A DNA stretch of 64,000 nt, from NCBI RefSeq assembly GCF_006345805.1, contig NC_042998.1, positions 149,916,001 to 149,980,000 of the forward strand, given 5' to 3'. Positions 29,698 to 42,686 of the stretch are shown here, in pieces. The translations under genes were made by a program, and so were the position numbers. Each line of letters starts with the position of its first letter. The first letter of the stretch is position 1. Origin of the DNA: Octopus sinensis (lineage: Eukaryota). Under the pieces are notes generated by a model that worked only from the letters and a program-made list of their open reading frames with translations, did not search any database and was not told the DNA's origin.

Positions 29698-30089
29698 ACA
29701 GTAAAAGAGAGATACAGAACGAATTACATACCAGTAACAGAATGAGTGTATACACTAGGCTTGAAGGCAGGCAATGAGTAAAAGAACGGTATACACAGTG
29801 AGAGAAAATCATAGAGACAGAGGATGAGAAGGTGAAGGAGTAGGGAAATAATTAACTGAGTATTTATAGGAACAATTATACAGATGGGTAGGAAGCAGAC
29901 AAAATAAAATAGCCATTAGCATATTTACTTTCGAATCTGTCGGAATTTATTAAGAACGGAAATGTACAGCATTGCTTTGCTTTATTTAATTTTATTTTAC
30001 TTTGAAAATAGTATCTATTTCTTCATTTTGTAGAAGCACTAAGAAATTGGATAAGTTCAATTATTTTTTACTTGTCCAAATCAATTGAC

Positions 30090-30267
30090 TAAGGCCAAGC
30101 TGGGGCAACGCCTAAAACAATTTTAGCCAAATCAATCGAACGTAGTACTTTTTTTTCAGCCTGCTATTTATTCTATCCGTATTTCTTACCGAACCGCTAA
30201 GTTACGGGGCATAAACACACCAACACCACCAATACAGTTGTCAAGCGGTGATGGGGGACATCACAAA

Positions 30268-30270
<3 letters not shown>
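30090..30270 (-). mobile_element. 3' module of SINE family 2 (minus)
   Basis: ccgaaccgctaagttacggggcataaacacacc..gttgtcaagcg is the reverse complement of the module. Confidence 0.7.
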
Positions 30271-30332
<62 letters not shown>

Positions 30333-30359
30333 AAAGACACACACACATATACATATGAT

Positions 30360-30643
30360 GGACATTCTCGTCGAACAAAGCGTTCAACTTTTGCCGAACG
30401 ACCTGCACAAATGATTTGTTTATGGTGATCAAACGTATGTGCTGTACATAATCTTACTCCTTCCGTCAAATAAACGTTGCCTGATCAGGTGCACGGTGTA
30501 CCATGCGTCAAGTGTCGAAGTGATCGCAAAGCAACATGAGTTGAACTGCTTTGCTCAAGCACACAACGCACCACCCGGTCTAGGAATTGAAATCACGATC
30601 GCTAGATTGTGAGTGCAACACCATAACCACCAGGACTAGCGTC

Positions 30644-30646
<3 letters not shown>
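30360..30646 (-). mobile_element. Diverged tRNA-derived SINE
   Basis: Minus: tagtcctggtggttatggtgttgcactc..gatttcaattcctagaccggg..gttgtgtgcttgagcaa; head resembles family 1. Confidence 0.55.
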
Positions 30647-30688
<42 letters not shown>

Positions 30689-30732
30689 ACACACACGCAC
30701 ACGCATGCACATATACATATACATATATATAT

Positions 30733-31278
30733 ATTATATAAAATCCGTTCTGTCTGTTTGTCTGTGTGTCTACTAGGATCTCGGGCATCCTCTATCTGAT
30801 TGCGCTCAAATTTAATATGTAGATACCGACGGTATCAGGGCGTGTATAAGTCTTGAAAAAATTACAAAAATTGATTCCAGGTGAGAAAGCCGATTTCGTC
30901 CTGCTTTTCTTACGTCGAGCTGTACATAACTGCACCTTCCATTTTTTATTGTTTTTGTACTACTTAAAGGCACGTTTCTTTCCTACCAAGCTTACTGTTT
31001 AAACCATGTCTGTGTTCTCCCAGTCAACAGCCTTATCATTACTGGTACTTTAAACTCTTCGGTTGCATATTTGTGTGAACAAAATCGCTTTTCTTTGGAA
31101 TAGTAAAAAAAAGTCTATCTTTATTTCTTCTTTTGTTAGTGTCTCACATTTAGGTTAAATCAGTGTTTCTCAAAGGAAAGCCTATGGGACGGTCGGACAA
31201 GTTGTTTTGAGAAAATTTGGTTTAAATGTTTGACAACTCAGCACCGTCAGTCGGACGTGGGGGGGGGGGCGTTTTGCT

Positions 31279-31280
<2 letters not shown>
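30733..31280 (+). mobile_element. Non-autonomous Helitron-like element (family 2), second copy with different interior
   Basis: Shares ~150 bp of 5' end and the cagcaccgtc..ggacg..ggggcgttttgctc 3' end with 27223-27739. Confidence 0.65.
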
Positions 31281-31343
<63 letters not shown>

Positions 31344-31345
<2 letters not shown>

Positions 31346-31830
31346 GGCATTATTACACATAAATGCCACACGCTAAGAGGGACTCTTAAGTCAAAACTAC
31401 TAAGATAAACATATCGTACCGAAAGCAAGTCTCGAAGCAAGTCATTTAAAAACATAATTCAGCTGCAGATCACCAGTGATTTCGTAATTAGTGCAGTCGT
31501 TCGTCTGGTATGCTGTTTTTGTTCATTCATTATAAATTTTGCATTATGCTTGCACCGATGAGTGAAGAGTGCATATAAATGCACTAATTACGAAATTACT
31601 GGTGATCTGCAGCTGAATTCTGTTTTTAAATGACTTGCTTCGAGACTTGCTTTCGGTACGATATGTTTATTTTAGTAGTTTTGACTTTAAGAGTCCCTCC
31701 TAGCGTGTGGCATTTATGTGTAATAATGCCCTCTATATAATAAAAATAAATATATTTAAGGAAAAAAAATTGAGGTTTTTCACGCTAACTACTTGATAAA
31801 TTCTTATAAAGATGTTATCCTATTTTTAAA
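31344..31830 (+). mobile_element. HHR-bearing element with ~152-bp inverted repeat, in (TA)n
   Basis: 31344-31495 is the reverse complement of 31580-31732. Terminal sequence agggcattat..atgcca.acgctaagagggac shared with 58494-59543. Confidence 0.8.
31548..31613 (+). ncRNA. Type I hammerhead-like ribozyme, CCGAUGA (U4C) core variant
   Basis: gcttgca-CCGATGA-gtga..agtgcat-ataa-atgcact..ttac-GAAA-ttac-tg-gtga-TC^tgcagc. Lies at the position homologous to the canonical HHR of the 58.5-kb element. Confidence 0.65.
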
Positions 31831-31853
31831 TTATATATATATATATATATATA

Positions 31854-31892
<39 letters not shown>

Positions 31893-32047
31893 TACCAATT
31901 AAGGACTGAACACGAAAAAGTGGACAGTCAACATGCTAGATATAGACGTCAAATCGCCATTCTCCACAAAAAGTCTATGTTCTCAGATCAAACTCAACAC
32001 AAAACCAAAACAATAAACAAGTGAAAAATATACGAAATAAATATTAC

Positions 32048-32113
32048 CCATGTACTAAATTCAGTTTCGGCTGTTATTTTCCGCAAGGAAAAGTGCAGCC
32101 ATCATCAGCATGG
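32048..32113 (-). ncRNA. Type I hammerhead ribozyme (inverted copy)
   Basis: Reverse complement of 32510-32575. Confidence 0.85.
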
Positions 32114-32509
32114 TCCCATATAAAATGTAATTTGCTGTACTAAATGCCAACACGATACCGAAATATCGCGTGCATGGAGTACGACTGTCCACTTTTTCGT
32201 GTTCAGTCCTTAATTGGTATATATAAATATTTTAATCTTCGGATTCTTTCTTTAATATGCTAGACCACTGGTTCTAATTGATAAATATCAATTTTTACTC
32301 TAAATTTAATGTTATATAAATATTTGTTCTCTAACCAATAAATTAACTGCTGCCAACTATTAGCTGCAGGCTAGTTTTCTCGGGTCTCATCGCGCCAAAA
32401 TTAGAGACATTTGAAATATATATTTCAAATGTAATAGGCCGTACTCCATGCACGCGATATTTCGGTATCGTGTTGGCATTTAGTACAGCAAATTACATTT
32501 TATATGGGA

Positions 32510-32575
32510 CCATGCTGATGATGGCTGCACTTTTCCTTGCGGAAAATAACAGCCGAAACTGAATTTAGTACATGG
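32510..32575 (+). ncRNA. Type I hammerhead ribozyme
   Basis: ccatg-CTGATGA-t-ggctg..ttttcc-ttgc-ggaaaa..cagcc-GAAA-ctga-at-ttag-TA^catgg. GUA triplet. Confidence 0.88.
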
Positions 32576-32822
32576 GTAAATATTTATTTCGTATATTTTT
32601 CACTTGTTTATTGTTTTGGTTTTGTGTGAGTTTGATCTGAGAACATAGACTTTTTGTGGAGAATGGCGATTTGACGTCTATATCTAGCATGTTGACTGTC
32701 CACTTTTTCGTGTTCAGTCCTTAATTGGTATATATAAATATTTTAATCTTCGGATTCTTTCTTTAATATGCTAGACCACTGGTTCTAATTGATAAATATC
32801 AATTTTTACCCTAAATTTAATG

Positions 32823-32858
<36 letters not shown>

Positions 32859-33039
32859 GAGAGACTTTTAGATTCCGTTTACCAAATATATTCACAAGGC
32901 ATTGGTAGGACCTAGTCTATGGTGGGACTGAACCTGGAATTATGCTATTGGGAAGACATTTTTTTACCACACCATCACACATCTGCCTATAATTATTTTT
33001 GATGTATCTTTATTTCCAGATTTAGGGTTGTAAAAGTAT

Positions 33040-33273
33040 ACGTCGAAACTTACCCGTCGTATACCGCGGTAAAACTAGTTGAAATGATCCGATTATATCT
33101 TGATAAAAATTAGCTGCGGAGGCTGTTATGCGAGTACATCAACGCTGATTGGCCACTGAAAGAAGTGTGATCCCGTGCCTCAACACTGATTGGCTGTCGA
33201 AAGTGATATGATTGTGACTCACTTTTTATTGGCTGCCATATGTCTCAAAACCGATCGCGTATTAGATGTAAGA
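33040..33273 (-). mobile_element. Possible short Helitron-like non-autonomous element
   Basis: Minus A^TCttacatctaata start, imperfect GC hairpin near 33053-33072, three internal attggc repeats. Confidence 0.35.
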
Positions 33274-33544
33274 TAACAGTAATATCTGTTATCCAATTGA
33301 GAATGGAGCGGAGGAGACTTAGCTTACTATTTTAGCAGGGTTGGTATTACTGCTGGTTTTATTGAGCATCAGGCCAGTCCAGACTGAGCAGACCTATTAT
33401 TAAATGCTTTCGATGTATGGCCATCACGTCTTCCTATTAGTCATTGCATATCTAGAATTACATTTTCCAATATGTTCCTTCTTTTTCAAGATGATAGGTT
33501 GTATGCTGAGGAACATTGGACTTCTGTTTCTCGCAAATTGAGTG

Positions 33545-33567
33545 ATTTCACCACCACTACTACCACC

Positions 33568-33599
<32 letters not shown>

Positions 33600-34036
33600 C
33601 AACAACAACATCATCAACAACACCAATACTACAACTGCTACTACATCCACGACAGCAATAGCAACAAAGATTACTATGAAAGAAAAGACGGTATGTTCGA
33701 ATGCTTTGTTGCTATTGTTGTTGCCGGTGGTTATAATAGTGGTGGTGGTGTTCGTGGTGTTCGTGGTGGTGGTGGTGGTAGTGTTATTGCTGGTGGTAGT
33801 GGTGGTGTTCGAGGTGGTGGTGGTGGTGGTTGTGGTGGTGGTGGTGGAGGTGTTATTGCTCATGGCGATTAAGTCACTGATGATGATGATGATGATGATG
33901 ATGGTCATAGGGAAGAGGATGAGCAAAAGGCTGGGTAGGATGGAAAGCGGATTACGATGGAGATGATGATTGAATATGGCTGTGATTTTATTCAAGTTGG
34001 TGATTAAGAGAATACTACTGTTGGTAATAATGATGT

Positions 34037-34084
<48 letters not shown>

Positions 34085-34513
34085 CGACGATGATGATGAT
34101 AATGATAACAGTGATGATAATGACATTAATGATAATGATAATAATCGATGACTCCGACGATAATGATGAAGACTGTGAGGACGATGATAACGACGACGAC
34201 GACGATGATGATAATGATGACGATGATGATGACGATGATGATGATGATGATGATGAGGAGGATTATGGTGATGATGTGGGGGAGTCTGATCGTGAAAAAA
34301 TATTAATGACAGCCGCGTGTGGCGAGTCAAATTGATGGGGTAATCAATAACATCACCACCACCATATCCCCATCATCATCACCACCACTACCGTCACCAC
34401 CGTCACCACCACTATTTCCACCGCAAACCCCACCACCTCCGCCACACCTCCAACACCACCACAACCACCACCACCGCCAACACCGCAACTACCGCTACTA
34501 CTACTACTACTAA

Positions 34514-34549
<36 letters not shown>

Positions 34550-34720
34550 CACTGCTATTGTGACTCCAACAAGGACGACGATGACGAAGTCGGTAACTAT
34601 CAATTAAAATGGCAGTAAAAGACCCACAAGAACAGGAATAAGGGGGAGGAGGAGGAGGAGGAGGAGGAGGAGGAGGAGGAGGAGGAGAATGAGGTAGTGG
34701 AGGAGGTGGAGTAATCACGT
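33545..34720. repeat. Trinucleotide low-complexity mosaic (ACC/AAC/GGT/GAT/GGA)
   Basis: Directly visible. Confidence 0.9.
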
Positions 34721-34844
34721 TAGCATTATCTGTGTTGCAATTGTTGGAGTAGGGCTGTTGGTAGTGTATCTCATACTGTTGCTGTGGTTGTAGATGAAAA
34801 CAATACTCTATTGATAATGATGATGATCATGATCATGATGATTA

Positions 34845-36280
34845 GCCGGTTTGAATAGCTGGATCGTAGCAATGCATAGCGGCGCTTGCTCAATGGTCAA
34901 AGTAATCGTCCACCACTCGAAACCGTTTATTATCGCGCACTCGATCCGTCAGAGCCGTCCTCTTTTCTCTCTCTTACATGTTCTGGCAATCGAACCATTG
35001 CTGCATAAATTAGAACTCTTGAGGGACATCCCTTCCGAAATGGAATGCAGGCAGCTGTGAGTCGGTGTATGTGGAGGACATAACCGTAATGGTGACATAC
35101 ACCATGGATGTTCAGGTAGTCGATTCCATTTTGAAAGAATACGAGGCGATGGAAAAAGCTAAGATAAATGTGAACATGTCGGTAGGCTTGCGACTCTGCA
35201 ACTGGAGAAGCAAGTCAATGCCAACGAACAGCACATTAAGTCGATGGACAGACAGACTGGGGAAATTGCTTAGGATTTGGTTTGGTCGGAACCTCTTGGT
35301 GGACAAGAACTGGAATGTGGTTACAAGCAGAGTGGCCAGTCTTCACTCAGAAATGGGCCGAAAGAAAATTATTCCTGACCGTTGTACGTTACACCAGTCC
35401 ACATTTGGTCAAACTTGAGCGTTTACTTATCAGCTTAATTTGGAAGGAAGCGTTTCACTGGTCAAGCAGTCCATCTTTTGCCAGGATCGTTTGGAAGGTG
35501 AGCTAATGCGCAGACACATGCTGTAGATAGATCACTTTTCTTGGACATTAAACTGGTGTGATGTCCGTTAGTTAGACATACTTTTCCGAAACTCTTTGAC
35601 AATGCTGCAATCCTGGGTTTAAAAAATATCAAGATGAGGCGCCTGACATCTGGAGAATCGCCAGGCGCTCATTGCCTTCTACCAATTGAGCAATGCGGTC
35701 GATTGGGAGTTCTACAGTGGCAATATATGGAAATCTATTGAGGGATAAGGGCGAGATGACGTTCTCGGTGCAACTCTTTGCATCGACGAGGGTGTACTAG
35801 CTGGTCTGTTTCGGAGGGCTTCCAGGCCCGGAACTACCATGGATAACTTCCAGTAGTCCTTGGCCCGGCTGTTCGGCCGAAAACCAACCATTTCAATGGT
35901 AATCTTTACAGGCACGGAAGCGCAGTCAGGTGGGACTCTACGAGTTGTGCGCAAAGCGATGAAACTATTCTGCACGCACTCGAGCAGTGTCCGAGTATTG
36001 CTGACTGGTGGGGTTTTGTCGAACAGCTGTCTTCGCGTGTGGGGCGAAACAGACTATCGGCTGAATCGATCGTGAGGACTTCCCTTCCACCCACATTTAA
36101 GAAGGCAGGGAAAGCGGTGTTCCTCTGTCTAGTGGCTATGGTGAAAGAAGTTGCGTTGCAAACGAGATTAAAAGGATTGAGGGAAGATATTTTCCACTTT
36201 AATCAAGCCCACATCGACATTTTTTAAGTTCCACTCGGAAAGGAAAGTGTAAGTAGGGAGGGAAGTGCCAGTTTCCCAGT
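34845..36280 (+). pseudogene. Degenerate L1/Tx1-group LINE ORF2 fragment
   Basis: SKPFIIAHSIRQSRPLFSLLHVLAIEPLL (cf. GVRQGCPLSPLLYVLAIEPL), YVEDITV (YADD), YEAMEKAKIN (cf. GAKIN..KS). Frameshifts and stops. Confidence 0.8.
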
Positions 36281-37629
36281 ACACAACAAGAGAAACTCCA
36301 TGTTTTTGTAGTTGGTTTTGTGAATGTGGTTATAGTTGTTATTGGTGGCTGACGATGGTTTTGTTTTTATTGATGTCGTGTTCGAAAATTATTAATCAAC
36401 CCTGATCGAACACTTGCTGAGTTAAGAAACTGACACTCTGGGTAATACACCACTGCTTGTCAGTTATGAGTATAAAGTTCTAACTTGCAGTCAAGAGCAT
36501 TGCAGCAGTGATTACCCAGTGTTTCTTTTTATAAGATTTACAACTAAGTATTATTTGACGGCTTACTTTAAATTGGTGGAAATACTACTGAAGATCAGTT
36601 AAGAAACTTGGCTACCTTTAATGGAGTCTACCCTACTGCAAACTATGTATCACTGTTGCGCAATAGACAAACTTTTAGATCAGTTCAAATATATTCCGGA
36701 CATACTTGACCTTGGAGAAAATTCTAGTTAAGGAAAAACCAGCAGTCATTTCAGAGCACCCTCTATTGACCGATCTTCATTTCAAGACACAGATACTAAG
36801 CGGGAAAATCCTGAAAGAACTTTGGAAATCAGAGCTTCCTTATAGAAAATCAGTAGAAAATATCTATTGACTGCGTGTAAACAGATGCGCTGACGATAAT
36901 TAATGAACTTGAAATACATTCATCGTCCCACAGGGTTGACTCTGAAATAACAGTTAGTGGTTCTTTTTCAACTGTTGCCTGTCGAGAATTTTTTTCTCTA
37001 CGGAAAAAAACGCTGTGCAAAAGATATTTTTACAAGTCAAATGTATCCCAGTTTGTTTAACGCAAACATTTCGGCAGTGTCTCAGGTTTGAGGACTTCAT
37101 CCTTTCTCCACCTTGTTCCTGTCCCACCACACTCAAAGACTATGAAGTGGTGATAAAAATGGATTAAAGTTAGAACTGATGCTGACTGCCGAGATTTGAA
37201 CTTATAACATGAACAGAAAACACTCAATACTTTTAATACATAGAGTTCTTTCTCATATTTTGTTTGACTTTTTTTATTTTATAATTGTCAGCAAGGTCCA
37301 AGCGCATGGACAAGAGACTTTGTTGCAGCTGAACTGTTATTTTTGTACTTGTTTAAACTCAGGTTAACTATAATTGGTCAGAAGTATGACTGAGGTGTTC
37401 CAACTGTCCAAAAATGCTTGTTTTCTTTTTTTTCTAGTTTTCGCCTATTGTGGATCTTCTATTCATTTGTTTTGAATATATAGTCCCCTGGATGGGCCTC
37501 CAAGCTGTTTAGGTGTATTCATTTCCGTTCACAACACTTGAGTCGATGCCATGCTGTATCACAAGCCACTCGTCCCCAAATTCCACAATGTCATATCGAA
37601 CCCGAGAACTCTTGATTCCCAAAAAGGCG

Positions 37630-38032
37630 ATGGCATTGTTGTGTGATTAAGAAACTCACTTTGCAACCACGTGGTGTCGGGTTAAATCCCACCGTGTGGT
37701 CATCTTGGGAATTATAGCAGAAGATACTTGGGCAAACGTCTTCGACTTTAGCGCGAGGTGACCAATGACTGGTGAATCAGTAGATGGAAACTGTGTGGAA
37801 GCCCTCGTATATGTGTGTCTTTGTGTTTGTGTTTGTTCCCGTCCCCCACCACCACTTTTCCATTGTGTTCCGTTGTTGGTTTGTTTTTGTCCTCATAACT
37901 TAGTGGTTCTGCAAAAGTGACCGCTATAACACGTATCAGATTTTAAAGATACGGAATTCAATTTGTTTGACAAAATTCTTCGATGTGGTGTCCCAACATA
38001 ACCGCATTCCAATGACTGAAGCAAGTAAAAGA
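37630..38032 (+). mobile_element. Diverged full-length SINE family 2
   Basis: Head tggcattgttgtgtg..gggttaaatccc, ttgggcaaa, tagatggaaactg, 3' module ending aatgactgaagcaagtaaaag. Confidence 0.7.
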
Positions 38033-39179
38033 AAATATTTTGGGTAAAATTTCTTAATTACATTATTGTGTTGTTTTTAAATATTATTTTAATTTAATAT
38101 TTTAATAAATTCATTAAAGTTATTTAAAAAATAATTTAATTATAATTTCGATGCCACATTTCTATGGTTTCTGCCGATTCTGCACTTTTACAATTTATTA
38201 ACATTTCTTGTGATAAACTGTATTGATAACAAACCATAGGAGGCACTTCGAAATATTGGTTAAGACACTTAATTATAACCAAACACTGACGCATTATAAC
38301 ACTTACACAAGTCTTGAACATTAGCCGCATTTTATATTCGAATTTTGAAATGTAATCCAGTAAACTAGTCGTTAAATAACTGCATTTTTCAGAGGGAATG
38401 TGACAGAAGTGATTTGTACACGCGCGTTGTAAAAGTTGCTCTTCGTCCACTGCGGCAGCATTTTTCAAAAATGCGTTACACATCTTGATAAGTTCTTGCC
38501 TAGCAGATGTCGAAAAGGTTTGTAAAAACGTATCATTCTACTTTCCGTGTAAAGGATTATTTCGTAGTGCGATTCTTGCGCATCTGGAGGGTATGATAAG
38601 TTCCCGTGTGTATCTTGCATGGCACTGCTGTTGACAATACCCTGTCATACGTAATATATGTTGTAAACCTTTCCTTGGAAACCTTAGTTTTATCAACGGC
38701 AATGGTTCTAAGAGCTTTCTGCTGAATATATTTCAATATACATAAAGTGTACTACCGAGATAGAACAAGCCAGCTTTATGAATATTCGGATATGTGCTTT
38801 ATAAATGGTCGCTCTCCCTGCTGTCTCAAATCTGTTTGGGATTTTATCAGGCTATGGGTCGCTTCTTTTCAGAGAGGAAATGTTTTATCAACGCCAGCCA
38901 GCCCCCACACAATTTCTGCTTACATTTTCGCTGACTTCTGATGTAATTCAAGGTTTATAGATATCATAAAATGACTGTTTTATATTTTATTGACTCTCCT
39001 TCGAGGCATCCAACCACGCTTCCGTTCTAATGAGGTATATATGTTGAAACTAGAAGGTACCGAGTCTGTCTCGCACAGACCGTGTTGCTCGATTTTACCT
39101 GTGTTCACTCAGATCATCTTTCAAGGTAGGAACAGAAGAGGATTATAGAGTATTGTGGGATTGGTGCATTCATCATCAA

Positions 39180-39335
39180 CGTAGGAGTGACTGTGTGGTA
39201 AGTAGCTTGCTTACGAACCACATGGTTCTAGGTTCAGTCCCACTGCGTGGCACCTTGGGCAAAAACCAAAGCCATGTGAGTGGATTAGATAGACGGAAAC
39301 TGAAAGAAGCCCGTCGTATATATATATATATATAC

Positions 39336-39366
<31 letters not shown>

Positions 39367-39590
39367 TGTGTATGTATATGTTTGTGTGTCTGTGTTTGTC
39401 CCCCAACATCGCTTGACAACCGATGCTAGTGTGTTTACGCCCCCGTAAATTAGCGGTTCGGCGAAAGAGACCGATAGAATAAGTACTAGGCTTACAAAGA
39501 ATAAGTCCTGGGGTCGATTTGCTCGATTAAAAGGCGGTGCTCCAGCATGGCCTCAGTCACATGACTGAAACAAGTAAAAGAGTAAAAGAG
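39180..39590 (+). mobile_element. Full-length SINE family 2
   Basis: Colinear with 15287-15700, including the internal microsatellite. Confidence 0.9.
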
Positions 39591-40032
39591 TATATCTGAA
39601 GGTCGGCCTCAAAAATTCTTTTTTGATCTCTTTAAAGTTAGCTTTAGATAATTTCCTACTCCAAATCCTACAATATCAGTGGGATGTTCTAAGGATGGAA
39701 GGTTCCATTAGCAGGGAAGATTATCGAGAAGGTTTGTTATACTGTGGCTTAGTTGGAAATCAAAATGACTTGATTCTTCATCTGATAACTTTCCAGCAAT
39801 TATTTATGGAATTTTAAGACCTTTATTTTGATAATGATTACTTGTTAAAAGTTTGGTGGATCGGTTCTGGAATGCCACGTATGTGTAGGTTCAGTTGGTT
39901 TGGGCTTGTAAGCCATACACAAAGAGCAAGGGAAATAGGTGACACATAAGGCTTGTTACAGTATCATATGTGACTGTTACAGCTGTTTGGCTGGCCAATG
40001 ACCAGTGGGTTTGGCGGGTTTAAGTTGATTTA

Positions 40033-40080
<48 letters not shown>

Positions 40081-40399
40081 ATCGTAGCTTGTAGTGCTGA
40101 GATGTTTTTGGTGTTCGTCATCTATATTTCGTCTGCGGGTCTTTTCTGCTGATGTCAAGTAAGAGATGTGGATTTCCCCTTTTGTTTAGTGAGTGTGTGT
40201 GTGTGTGTGTTTGTAAGTGTTATTGTATGCGGGTTTTTGTGTGTATATGTGTGTGCTACTTGCAATATATTCTAAGCCAGGCTTGTGGCTTAGTTTTTCC
40301 AGAGAAAGAGAAAGAAGAAAGAAAATGTTCAATGTTCCATCCCCATATATTGTTGTTAATGTTGTTGTTTGCCAGTCAGTTCTTATTTGGCATCATAGC

Positions 40400-40960
40400 A
40401 TTTTCTCTTTCCCTGACTCCCTGCCTTTCTTCTACAGACTTATCACATCTTTATGGAACCATTATTTTTCTTCGATTGATTAAAGAATCGCTGCTTCTTT
40501 CGTCTTCGAACCAAACTTTCTTACTTGATAGTAGTTTATAAATGTCTTCTCTTGAGATGACAATGTTCATGGTCTTGTATATAATCGTGGTAAACTCAAC
40601 TTTAGGACTTCTAAATAGGTTTAGCAAATCGGTTAATATAAGGTATCCTTGCATGTCTTAAAATTCCGCTTTTTACTAATGGCATATTATCTTTCGTATT
40701 GGTTTGTCTCAGTAAAACCGAGCATTTACTTCCATCAGAGCAAGATTCATCCTTAAAACGAAAACAAGTAGATGGTTCTTAAACTCAGAGCTTGTCCTTT
40801 ATTTGTTTTATAGTGTGAAGCAGATATAGGCTTAACTACTTGCGCAGTATTCCAGTATTTAGCGAGCATAATTTCTGCATAAAGAGAGACTTATTTCAGA
40901 CTCTAGTTAGACTGAAAGAATACTGATTATGTTTCGCCTAAAAATATACTAAACTTCAGC
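40400..40960 (-). pseudogene. Highly degenerate LINE ORF2 remnant
   Basis: Minus ILEYCASS near 40850 (cf. RPILEYCS) and MQGYLILT (cf. LRGDLI). Confidence 0.4.
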
Positions 40961-41542
40961 AGACATATTTAAGTACATCATTTATGCGTAAATTGTACTG
41001 ATAAATAGATGGTAATGAAGACTTGTTCACTGGGCTTTCGAAACAAACCCAGAAACATAAAAATACACAGGAATATACAGATATAACCAGATATATCTAA
41101 ACTTACCCAAATGCATCTAAGCATACCCAGGTACTTCTAAACTCTATCAGCCATACTGGAATAGGTGTGAAATACCTGAAATATAGTGTGGAAGATCTAA
41201 ATACAACAAAAAAGTCAAGATATATTTAAAATACAGGAATTATATTTACGTACGCTTAAATACCTCTCAAACATTCTTGAAACTTCAAAAATATTGAAGA
41301 AGAACTAAACATAACTCATTATTTCCTTTAAACGTAGATGGGTTCCGCTAATCCATGCAAATACATCGAAAACAGGCAAATATTTCTAAACACGTTCTAA
41401 TATACTTAAACACATCAGAACTTAGTAAACATGGCTGGTGGAAATATCCTTATCCATCCAAAGCGACACTAACACAACCAACACATTCTAACACATTAAA
41501 TCACATACACATACACACACTCACTCTCTCGCTCTCTCTCTT

Positions 41543-41600
<58 letters not shown>

Positions 41601-41963
41601 TTTCTCTCTCCTATTGCAGGATGTTCTTATAGTCATTTCTTTGTTTATTTTGGAAATTGTAGTCTCCTGCTTCCTCCTCTTCTTCTTCTTCTTCTTCTTC
41701 TTCTTCTTCTTCTTCTTCTTCTTCTTCTTCTTCTTCTTCTTCTTCTTCTTCTTCTTCTTCTTCTTCTCCCTCCTCCTCCCTCTTCTTTCTCCTCCTCCTC
41801 CTCTTCGTCGTCAGCACTTTCAGTTTACGTATATAGGTGCATTCCTACGACCAAATGTATTCCTCGGCATCTAATCACACCCATACACATAATTGATATT
41901 TTCTTTATGTTTTTAGTCATTCTCTGTTTTTAAATCTATTTATTTATTTCAGTGTGCTATTAA

Positions 41964-42011
<48 letters not shown>

Positions 42012-42083
42012 CATTATTATTATTATATTATTATTATTATTATTATATTATTATTATTATTATTATTATTATCATTATTATTA

Positions 42084-42137
<54 letters not shown>

Positions 42138-42464
42138 TATCATTATTATTATTATTATCATTATTATTATTATTGGTGTTGTCATTGTCATCATCATTAC
42201 TTTATATATTCAGGTGTGTCCTTATTTCGTATCCATTTTTTTCTTTTTCTTCCCTCAGTACGTCCATCTTGTCTATGTCGGTTCTAAGCTATTATTATAA
42301 TACATCAAATATTTCCATGTGTTTTGTCCCCAGGCAAATAAATATCTGAACGTATGTCGGTCAGCATGACAAAAATCCTCTCTTTACGTTAAGAAACTTG
42401 TATTCAGAAGGTGCAAAGACATCTAATTGTACCGCAAATGTTGTTCAACATTAGCTAAAGATGA

Positions 42465-42686
42465 AGGTAGGAAGTAAATACTACGAGGCAGAAAATCCCT
42501 AATTTAGAAGAATGGCATAGTTGATTGGATAAATCCCATTACATGATTGGTACATTGTCGTTCTTGGTTGTATAAAAGGCAAACTCATTCTGTGAGGGAT
42601 TTGAACTCAGGACTTAAAGATATGCAGCAAAGTACTACTAGGTACTTTGTCCGACGCTCCTGACTGATTCTACTAATCTTCCGCCT
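42465..42686 (-). mobile_element. Diverged SINE family 3 copy
   Basis: ggatttgaactcagga..gattctactaatcttccgcc matches the family 3 head in reverse complement. Confidence 0.55.

Larger units (their letters stand above)
31889..32830 (+). mobile_element. HHR element: 511-bp unit in partial tandem preceded by a ~295-bp inverted copy (Penelope-type)
   Basis: Direct repeat starts at 32183 and 32694. 31889-32183 is the reverse complement of ~32440-32735. TA flanks. Confidence 0.85.
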
